Of a stretch of DNA of 64,000 nt, positions 53,777-64,000 are shown in pieces. Numbering within the stretch: the stretch's first letter is position 1; each line of letters opens with the position of its first letter. The notes under the pieces are model-generated. The model searched no databases. It was not told the DNA's origin and saw only the letters and a program-made list of their open reading frames with translations. The position numbers and the translations under genes were made by a program. Where the stretch lies: the NCBI GenBank assembly GCA_951406725.2, contig OX597820.1, positions 75,640,001-75,704,000 on the forward strand. The letters run 5' to 3'. Source of the stretch: Octopus vulgaris (lineage: Eukaryota).

Positions 53777-53987
53777 GCAGCGAGCTGGCCGGGTCGTTAA
53801 CGCGCTGGACGAAATGCTTAACGGTATTTCGCCTGTCGCTACGTTCTGAGTTCAACTTCTGTTGAGCTCGAGCATTTCTTTTTATATTTTCGAGGTCAAT
53901 GAATTAAGTTCCAGGGAAACACTGGAGTCGATGTAATCGACTAGTCCCCTCCCACGAAAATTTCAGGCCTTGTAAATATAGCAGAAA

Positions 53988-53990
<3 letters not shown>
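53777..53990 (+). mobile_element. Degenerate SINE family B
   Basis: gcgagctggc...gaaatgctta...ttctgagttcaa...gtcgatgtaatcgact. Confidence 0.8.
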
Positions 53991-54034
<44 letters not shown>

Positions 54035-54087
54035 CATGTATATGTATATTATGTGTATAAAATATTTATATTATTATCATTACAAAT

Positions 54088-54165
<78 letters not shown>

Positions 54166-56233
54166 CGTTGCTAATATTACGAAGTTATGTATTTTATTAA
54201 CGTTATAGTTATTGTTGCTGTTTTTTTCTTTCATTTTTTCGTATAATCAATAAAAGTTTAATGCAAATGTGGGAGTCGTAGGAGGTGTAGGAAAGGGAAT
54301 TAGAGGTTAGTGAAATACTGCGAAAATTTTAATGATCCCCATATCGTATAATAAAGTTTCATTGAAGCGGCTAAAAATCTTGATTAATTTATTACTAATT
54401 AGTTATGTTTGCTGCTGGGGTATTTTCCACGCTAATTCTCAATTCCAATTATTTAACATTCCATTTTCTCTCCCTACTGTTTTTTCTCCTTCTCTCTCTT
54501 TCTTTCTTTCTGTCCTCTCTGTCTCTCTTCTTCTCCTTCTCTCTCTCCCTCTCTCTCTCGTTCTTCTTCGCCATCTTATTCCAGTTCTCTCTGTGTCGCT
54601 CCCAGTTTTAGCTCTCAAGCCCTTTCTTCTCACTTCTCTCTCTCTCTCAGCCTCTCTTTCTACTTCTCTCTCCCTCTCTTCATCCCCCTCTCTTTTCATC
54701 GCTCTCACCGTTTCATCCTCCCCCTCTTTTCATCTCTCTCACCGTTTCCTCCCTCATACTTTCTTTCTACGTCACTTTCATTCTTTCTCTCTCTCTCATC
54801 CTCGCTTTCTCGCCATTTCTTTCTACTTCTCTCCATCTTTCTCTACTCCCTCCTCTCTCCCAATCTTCTTCTCTCGCGATTTCTCTCCTTCACTTTCTTT
54901 CTCTCTTACCCCATTTTCTTCACATCTCTCTCACCCTTGTATTCTCCGCCTTATCTTGCGTTTTTAGTCTTTTCTTCTTGTCTCTCTTTCTATTAATGTG
55001 TTTCGATATCTGCGTTTATTTCATGTTTGTATCTCTGGAGTTACGTATGTACGCAAATATATCTCTGAATATATGTATGTATATATGTACGCAATTATAT
55101 CAGTATGTATGTATACATGTATGTATGTATGTATGTATGTATGTATGTATGTATGTATGTGTGTATCTGTATCAGTATCTATGTATGTATATATGTATAT
55201 ATATATATGTATGTAGGTACGTATGTATGTATGTATATATCTATCTATATATCTATACATACATACATACCCATATAAATGTATATATATATACACACAC
55301 ATATAAATATATGTATACACATATATAAATATATATATATATACATATGTGCATATATATATGTGTACATATACGTATATATATATCTATATATGTACAT
55401 ATATTTATATATATAAACATACATCCATATATATATATATATATATATACATACATACTCACAAACATACACACACATATGATGGGTCGAAACAGTCGTC
55501 GTATTGAGCAGAGACTAGTGCTAAATCTTTCTTTTCCGCCATCAATTATTATATACATACATATGTGTGTGTGTGTATTGAGAGAGAGAGAGAGAGAGAG
55601 AGAGAGCAAGAGGGGGAGAAAGAGGTTGAGAGCGAGATTATGTGTGTGTGTATCTATATATGTCTATGTAAATATGCTCATGTCTGCATTGTTGCATTTG
55701 ATGTATACACTTCCTGCAAAATAATATTTCTGAAGGACAAAAACTTTGCATTTACTTGCAAAAACATCACTGAAATACGAATTCTTTTTTGTTTTCTTCT
55801 TCTACTCTATCGAATCTGCTTCATATTCTTACATAGTTATCCGAATTACTTTAACGTGAACTGGAATGAATATGGTAAGACTTGCACCCAGGAACAAGAT
55901 ATAACCCATTTGTTATTTGATACTGTGAGCGGTTTCCTTAGAATATCATTCTGCTACGGTATCTATCTTTCACTCTTGATCAAAGTCATGATATACTTAT
56001 CAAATTTTAATAATGATAAATTGTAATATGGTTGAGTATTAATAGAAAAATTATGAAATGTGATAAAAATGTAACGCAACAATGAGGATGCATCGAAGAA
56101 TATTTAATAAAAGGAAAAAGACTGTCAAAACAGTTCCAGCGAGCGTGAGTAGCAAAGAAAGCAATCTTGTTGAAGTAATTGCAAGATTCTTCTTATCTAT
56201 GAAACTTGTTATCTACAATAGCTTGCTTGTTAT

Positions 56234-57072
56234 CATGGACAGTAAATGTTGTAAACTTAGTAATTAACACTTTCTAATTAGTAACCAAGTTAGTGACCTG
56301 AAGAATCGGTAGCACGCTGTATAACATAATGCTTTGTGGAATTCTCTTGTTCTGAGTTCAAATTCCGCCGAGGAAGACTTTATCTTTCATTTTTTTCGAA
56401 GATCAAAATTCCAAGCTTTGTACCTACAATAGAAGGGATCATTATTATTTGATGAAAACTCTGTTTATTTTGCTGGGTATGATGGAAAGTGTCAGTTGTC
56501 CACAGCCAGCAGAACTAAAGTGGCACTTGTTTACTGGTCGTGCTTCAAGAACTCTGCGAAGAATTCTTGCAGTTCCAAGCAATGCTGGCTTTTGAAGGTG
56601 TTCTACATGGACAATAAATGTTCCAACTTAATATTTAACACTTTCTAATTATTAGCAAGGTAGTGACCTGAAGAAACGTTAGCACGGAGAACATAATGCT
56701 TGGTGTTGGTAGAATTCCCTCATTCTGAATTCAAATTCCACCAATGAAGACATTATCTTTCATCTTTTCGAAGTCGATGAAATAAGTACCAGATAAAACC
56801 TGGGGTCGACATACTTGAATTAACTCCACCTTCAAAATTCCTGGCCTTGTACCTACAATAAAAAGGATTATTATTATTATTATTTGATGAAAACTCTGTT
56901 CATTTTGTTGGGTATGATGGAATGTGTCAGTTGTCCACAGCCAGCAGACTAAGGTGATACTTGTTTACTGGTCGTGCTTCAAGAACCCTACGAAGAATTC
57001 TTGCAGTTCCAAGCAATGCTGGTTTTTGTAGATGTTCTACATGGACAGTAAATGTTGTAAACTTAATAATTT
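56234..57072. repeat. Local tandem duplication of (SINE B + R4-like 3' end)
   Basis: Units start catggaca at 56234, 56606 and 57040. The minus strand of each full unit encodes HVEHLQKPALLGTARILRRVLEA. Confidence 0.85.
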
Positions 57073-57074
57073 GT

Positions 57075-57478
<404 letters not shown>

Positions 57479-57510
57479 GGATAATAATTATGATGATAAT
57501 AATAATAATA

Positions 57511-57772
57511 AACAAACAGGTTTTTGAGTCGCGTAGATTGTTGGTTTCTCAGGGATCTGGTCAAAAAATCTCACTAAGTTCCTTGATCATTCCCAGGATA
57601 CCTACACCAACAGAGATGGTTTTGGTTTTTAATTGCCACGTCGTAGGTATCTTAATCTCAAAGTCCTTATATTTCGACAGTTTTTCAAATTTCTTTGTTG
57701 GGATATTTCTTTCAGAAGGCACTGTCGTATCATTTAACAGGCATGTATTTTTTTCTTTTGGTTTGTAACTTC
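57511..57772 (-). pseudogene. R4/Dong-like RLE domain fragment
   Basis: KNTCLLNDTTVPSERNIPTKKFEKLSKYKDFEIKIPTTWQLKTKTISVGVGILGMI. Confidence 0.8.
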
Positions 57773-57789
57773 GTTTGGGTTTTTGGTGT

Positions 57790-58786
57790 CCTTATGTCTT
57801 TCTGTGACATTAGCAGTTTTTAATAAACTTTCTTCCCTATTACCTACATAGGAATCTATATCTAATCTAGCTAACTCCATGCAGTCGTCTGCTGATATTA
57901 ATACTTTTCCGCCTTCCTTTGTAGGTACGTATTATCATGCTACTCCTGCCCTTGGGTAGAGTCCTCCTTTCATATTGAATTCTTTCCTAGTTCTTCTGTC
58001 TAGCGTTGCTAACTCAGTTTTTATCTAATCTTCAAAAGCTGATGAGTATCTAAGTAACGATACTGCCCAAATAGTTATAGGCTTCACTGGATTCGGACCA
58101 TTTAGCTTTGACTTCCTTAGCTTCCTCGCCCTTCTGATGTATTCCTTCTCAATTTTTTTTTCATTTCTGTAGCTAGAACTCTGTCAGATTCTAATACTTC
58201 TATACACTTATAACTCTCTCCTCCTTTTAATTATTTTAATGTCTGGCCATCTAGTAATTGGGTGCCTTCCCTGTTGACTACCTACCCGCTTCTCATGACT
58301 AATACTGCACACTTATCTATGCCAAATTCCATCTCTATAATTTTGCTGAAGAGTCCTACAGTCTGTATTAAAGAATCTATCTCTTTTTCATTCTTAACAA
58401 AATGCTTCAAATCATCCATGTTGTGCAAATGGTTAATTTTTTATTACCATTTCTGAACTGATACCCTGCCCTTGCTTTCCTTAATACTAATCAAACATAA
58501 GGGGATCAAACATAAAATGAATATTAAAGGGGACAACGATGGTCTCTGGAAAATTCCTCTTTTGATATTAACTTTCCCTACGATTATGTCACATGAGTAG
58601 CAATATACTTCCCATTACTTCATGTTAATGCTAATTATTTCTCTTATGTTGTCTGCTCTACTGATTTTACCCAAACATTCATTTATCCATGAATGTGAGA
58701 TCATGTCATAGGCGTTCCTATTATCTATCCACGTTATTGTTAACTTTTTCATTCTAATTTTACTTCATTTAGAACTGCTTTGTCTA
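57790..58786 (-). pseudogene. R4/Dong-like reverse transcriptase, 3' part
   Basis: WIDNRNAYDMISHSW, RGIFQ..SLSPL, HLHNMDDLK, MEFGIDKCA, LDRRTRK; multiple stops. Confidence 0.9.
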
Positions 58787-60022
58787 TCTATATATATATA
58801 ACAGAGGCTATGTGTCTGTCTGTGTGTCTCTCATGTCGATATAACTCGCGATCCACCCAACCGATTTTAATGAAATGTTACACATGCATTACAAAGGGTT
58901 CCATGAAGTGTCATGGATCAAAACAATTTTCAACTTCTTGCCTAATGAGGGTTCAGGGGCGGATAAACCGCATCTTTTAAGCATTTTCTTTTAAGATTAT
59001 CCAGTCACTTTCCTCCAAGTTTGCAGCAAAAAATTAATCAGGCACGTCGAATTGCTTTTGACTAATTTCTGACGCCTGACTATGCCTCCCCACTCCCCGA
59101 AAAAATGCGGATGAATCTGAGTTGAGTATACGGCACTTGGTTTTATCTTTGCTTTAGGCCATTTTCCAACGATAAAATATTGATATTACTGATGCATTAT
59201 AAGTAGCATATAATATTTTCTTCAATTTAGCTGCAATCATTTCCTTTACCTCCATCCCCAATATGGAGAAATCGTTTAGCTGAGCTTAAAGAAAACATTT
59301 AGTTAGTAGTGCAAGAGCTAGATCCTGAAATGCTTCAAAATGTTTCACAACGATAAGGAGAGATTTGAAGTATGTTGTGATACAGACATGTTGAAAATTT
59401 CCAATAAAAGTTTGACGTCAGATTTATAAGTCTGTTTTGGTAATAAACATAAAATTCTGTCAGTATTTTAAAAATTTGCTCAATTTCATTGAAACAGTTA
59501 ATTATAGAACATCCTGCATGGTGCAGCGTTGTTAGTTGTTGCGTTGCTCGAAGAAATATTAAAATCAAAGTCTCCTCGCTGTAAACATCTCATCTTTTTG
59601 TTAAGCATATTGTATCAACGAGTATATTATCCAAAATGTATCTCTCCTTTAGAGGTGTGGTTGTGTGGTTGAGAAGCTTGCTTTCCAACCATGTCGCCTT
59701 GGGTTCAGTCCCACTGTGCGGCACAATGGGAAATTCACATTCATCAAGCTCCGTGCCAACCAAAGCCTTGTGCATATATAATTGCCATTACTGTATTGAT
59801 ATATAAAATAACACATACAACTCACTTACTATTGTCATATAATAAACAAACAGAAGTTCGTGTATGAAACTGATCTTTTTCTACTTCAATTATTACATGT
59901 TTTATTCTTATAAAATACACACATACAGGAGGGTTAAACCTATATATATAATAACACTTTGAATGTGGCTCCCAAGAAAGAGTAAAAGTAATTACCCGAT
60001 CAATGACGGGTATTACTGCTAG
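58787..60022 (+). mobile_element. Non-autonomous Helitron (contains a SINE A fragment at 59651-59773)
   Basis: 5' TC, 3' CTAG and subterminal hairpin tacccg/cgggta (59993-60012). Inserted between A and T with no TSD. Removing it restores the RT frame HDLLY|IDKAV. Confidence 0.9.
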
Positions 60023-60900
60023 TATATAATAGATCATGTGTTCCTCTAGACTTCCTCCTGTAAACTTTCTGTCCTTCTGGTAGTAAGTACTGATTGTCAA
60101 GGTATTCGCAAATGCTTTCTGAAAGCATTCCTGTTAACATCGTCCACATTAATGGTAAGCACGTGATTGGTCTATAACTGCTAACTGTATTACACTTGCT
60201 CTTATCCTTCACAATGAGTATTGTCCACCCTCTAGTCATCTAATCTGGTATTATTCCTCCATTAAGGCAATCCTGAAGTTGTTTTCTCAGCCTCCCACGT
60301 AAACTACTGAATTTCTTTAGCAAGTACCCTTGCACTAAATTTTGTCCTAGGCCCTTTCAAATCGGCATTTTTCCTAACACTTTACTCATTAATGCACTAG
60401 TTAAACTTAGATATCGCTGCTTCTCACTACTCCTTACCTCATTTTCTTTAACCATACTGCATCTCCTTTATGACTGACTGTTTTATCCCAAATATTACTC
60501 CAGAACTTTCTACCTTCCTCTGCATTAGGTTTCACATCTTCAGTACTTCGTTCTCCTCTATATGGTTATAAAATACCCTCTGGTCTGTCTCCAATAATCT
60601 ATTCTGTTGATACTGATCTACTATTTTCTGATATCTGAAGAGCTTGCCTGCTACTGCTATGATACGCTGTTTCAACTCTTCTATGACTGTCCCAAATCCT
60701 TGCCCTTTCACTAAATATCTTTCCTCGAGGCAAGATTTACATCATGTGTTTCCTAACTTGTTTTTTTTTTTCCAGGCTTCTATTCTACTTAGATCTTGTC
60801 TTAAAGTCGTCACTTATTTTTACTCTTATTTTCCACCTTTGCTCTTTTAAAATCTTTCCCTGTGAGATATCTAATTTTCTGGTGACTTGTTTTCTATATT
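60023..60900 (-). pseudogene. R4/Dong-like reverse transcriptase, 5' part
   Basis: ORF 60000-60239 gives GWTILIVKD..YRPITCLPLMW...LLPEGQK..RRKSRGTHDLL; upstream FWSNIW. Confidence 0.9.
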
Positions 60901-60953
60901 GTTTTCTATATTGTTTTCTATATTTTTAGTATCTATCCTACTGATAACAGAAT

Positions 60954-60994
<41 letters not shown>

Positions 60995-61024
60995 GATAAC
61001 TCTTAGATATGTATGTACATACAT

Positions 61025-61230
61025 ATCTAACTCCAACATTGCTGAGTTCGCTGAATTACACTCGATACACCTGTACGAAAATTCGTTTTTCAAAAAGAGG
61101 TGTTTTGGGGAATTCAAAAAAAGACAAAAGGTTCATAAATATGGAGACCTGAGAACTGAGATTATTAAAATGTGGCAGCTACGAGAGTCAAACATAGAGG
61201 TTATCCTTATTTTCATCGGAGCAATGGGTT

Positions 61231-61280
<50 letters not shown>

Positions 61281-61451
61281 TGTTTGACTCTCGTAGCTGC
61301 CACACTTTAGTAATCTCAGTTCTCAGGTCTCCATATTTATGAACCTTTTCTCTTTTTTTTTGAATTCCCCAAAACACCTCTTTTTCAAAACGAATTTTCA
61401 TACGGCTGTATCGAGTGTAATTCAGCGTACTCAGCAATGTTGGAGTTAGAT
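61025..61451. repeat. ~173-bp inverted duplication containing an RLE fragment
   Basis: Arms are 61025-61197 and 61278-61451. The + strand encodes KVHKYGDLRTEIIKMWQLRESNIEVILIFIGAMGS. The spacer contains (ACT)n. Confidence 0.9.
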
Positions 61452-61935
61452 GAAATACCTAGACTTATATTATTCATAGATTTCTTACATTGTGTACCAG
61501 CAACAGGTGGAAGCTCTATCATCACGGCTCTTTTCCCAGTGATAAATTTTTCATAATTTTTTCTCCTCCACTTTGTTTAAACTGCTGCGTTTACTTTCTC
61601 ATATTTTCTTGTTTATTGCTGATTGCAGTGATTATTTTGCCAACATTTATTGAATAATCATTTTGTATGCGATTCTTGCATGAATGAGTTATAGAACATG
61701 AGTATCTGATAACTCTTAGACGACGGCAGGGTCATTTACTGTCAGGTCAGCGTTCTCTGATTTTCCTTTTCCTATATTTAAGCTTATTCCTCGAAAATTC
61801 AGCTTTCTCTTGATTCAGAAAAATAAGTAGGCCCCATCAACATGTTATATATGCATATATATATATATATATATATATATCAAACATATAGTACGTGCGT
61901 GTATGTATATACATATATATTCATATATATATATA

Positions 61936-62309
61936 TACTCTTTTACTCTTTTACTCTTTTACTTGTTTCAGTCATTTGACTGCGGCCATGCTGGAGCACC
62001 ATCTTTTTAGTACTTATTCTATCGGTCTCTTTTTGCCGAACCGCTAAGTGACGGGGACCTAAACACACCAGCATCGGTTGTCAAGCAATGCTAGGGGGAC
62101 AAACACAGACACACAAACACACATACGCATATATATATACATATATACGACAGGCTTCTTTCAGTTTCCGTCTACCAAATCCACTCACAAGGCATTGGTC
62201 GGCCCGGGGCTATAGTAGAAGACACTTGCCCAAGATGCCACGCAGTGGGACTGAACCCGCAACCGTGTGGTTGGTTAGCAAGCTACTTACCACACAGCCA
62301 CTCCTGCAT
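61936..62309 (-). mobile_element. SINE family A (young, small internal deletion)
   Basis: Reverse complement of 62659-63069. Confidence 0.9.
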
Positions 62310-62350
62310 ATATACATACTTGAATACGTGCATGCTTACATGCATATAGG

Positions 62351-62455
<105 letters not shown>

Positions 62456-62658
62456 CGCACACACAGACTCACAAACATGCAAACACACATACGCCCATAA
62501 AAACTCACAAACAGTAACAAATGAATATGCAGAATGCATACATACAAACGCACACATACATGCGTTTATATATAATTATATATATATATATATATACTCC
62601 AGAACTTTCTACTTTCCTCTGCATTAGGTTTCGCATCTTCAGTACTTCGTATATATAT

Positions 62659-63069
62659 AGGCGCAGGAGTGGCTGTGTGGTAAGTAGCTTGCTAACCAAC
62701 CACATGGTTCCGGGTTCAGTCCCACTGCGTGGCACCTTGGGCAAGTGTCTTCTACTATAGCCTCGGGCCGACCAAAGACTTGTGAGTGGATTTGGTAGAC
62801 GGAAACTGAAAGAAGCCAGTCGTATATATATATATATATATATATATGCGTGTGTGTTTGTGTGTCTGTGTTTGTCCCCCTAGCATTGCTTGACAACCGA
62901 TGCTGGTGTGTTTATGTCCCAGTTACTTAGCGGTTCGGCAAAAGAGACCGATAGAATAAGTACTGGGCTTACAAAAGAATAAGTCCCGGGGTCGAGTTGC
63001 TCGATTAAAGGCGGTGCTCCAGCATGGCCGCAGTCAAATGACTGAAACAAGTAAAAGAGTAAAAGAGTA
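62659..63069 (+). mobile_element. Full-length SINE family A
   Basis: ggcgcaggagtggctgtgtggtaag (A box), gggttcagtcc (B box) and (gtaaaaga)n tail. Confidence 0.9.
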
Positions 63070-63442
63070 ATATATATATATATATATATTTACTCTTTAT
63101 CTTATATTAAACTTTTAATACTTTTTGATAGTTTAAAAAAAAATAATAAATAAATAAATAAAAAAATATAAAAATATAAAAAAATAAAAAATAATATATA
63201 TTAATAAAAAAAATAATTAAATAAAATAATAATAAAAATATTATATATGTTTATAATTTATAAGTTTAAATTATTAATTTAAATATTTAAAAAAATTTTA
63301 ACTTTAATTTAAATATTTTAATTGGATTTTTATATTTTATATTTTATATTTTTCATATATTTTTTAATTAATTTTATTTCTATTTATTGGCTTATGATTT
63401 TCCCTGTTTGATTTGCCTAATAGTGGTTTTATCTCTAATTTA

Positions 63443-63486
<44 letters not shown>

Positions 63487-63491
<5 letters not shown>

Positions 63492-63680
63492 TTATAGAAG
63501 GAGCTTCTACAGGACTAGAACTGTTTCATTCAGGTGAAATCTTCAGGAAGCTGGCTGATTTCACCTGAATGAAACAGTTCTAGTCCTGTAGAAGCTCCTT
63601 CTATAAAATAAATTACTTTACTCTGCTATGTATTGAGTACCTTATTTACTGTGGTTAACCCCGACTCAACCCGGGACCTA
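63487..63680. mobile_element. Short Penelope-like element with 55-bp perfect inverted repeat
   Basis: Arms are 63487-63541 and 63557-63611. Same 3' terminus as 1266-1412. (TA)n flanks. Confidence 0.8.
63502..63552 (-). ncRNA. Type I hammerhead ribozyme
   Basis: AGCTTC CTGAAGA tTTC acct GAAt GAA ACAG ttctagtc CTGT A GAAGCT. 6-bp stem I, 4-bp stem III and GUA triplet; stem II is weak. Confidence 0.75.
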
Positions 63681-63884
63681 CATATATATATATATATGTA
63701 TGTATGTACATATATATATATATGTATTTATATCGTTTTGGGGATTTGGTTTGCAAGATTCTTTGTGTGAGTTCGTGTGTTGAAGCATATTTTGTTTTGT
63801 CTGGGGAGAGTCAGTCTCTTTTAATGCCTTATTATTTATTACACTCACCGGTAAAGTTTCCACTCAGTTACTTATATATTTTTC

Positions 63885-63921
63885 CTAAAATTTTCGTTGC
63901 GTCTTGCAACCTTTTCAATAG
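63885..63921 (-). ncRNA. Minimal hammerhead with U3-A8 core variant, in a repeat at ~63730-64000
   Basis: CTA TTGAAAA g GTTGC aagac GCAAC GAA AATT T TAG. Confidence 0.65.
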
Positions 63922-64000
63922 TGGTTGTCTCTCTCCGTTATCCAGATTGCGTTCTTTTTGTTTGTTTGTGCGCATGTGTGTGGGTGAGTGTGTGTGCGCA

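Noticed and set aside
63090-63380. Extremely AT-rich tract resembling a mitochondrial control region or NUMT
   Set aside because: No mitochondrial gene or tRNA is adjacent; more likely low-complexity or low-quality consensus.

Overview
This is AT-rich, microsatellite-saturated eukaryotic DNA, either intergenic or intronic. The SINE families and repeat make-up point to a coleoid cephalopod, most likely Octopus (inference). I cannot support any intact protein-coding gene, and almost all ORFs in the track are translated microsatellites. The window is a mosaic of mobile-element debris. It holds several tRNA-derived SINE families and decayed non-LTR retrotransposons: RLE-type R4/Dong-like copies in (TAA)n and (ACAT)n tracts, plus CR1/L2-like and L1/Tx1-like fragments. 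DNA transposons include a DD37D Tc1/mariner element, a palindromic mariner derivative, three MITEs and a non-autonomous Helitron inserted cleanly into an RT gene. There are also two minisatellites. The most striking hidden signal is about a dozen hammerhead-ribozyme (HHR) motifs from roughly eight unrelated short repeat families. Most are of the minimal type with a palindromic stem III, typical of Penelope-like elements. One is fused behind a tRNA-derived Pol III head, and one family carries a U3-A8 compensatory core. Repeat boundaries were read by eye and are approximate unless stated otherwise.
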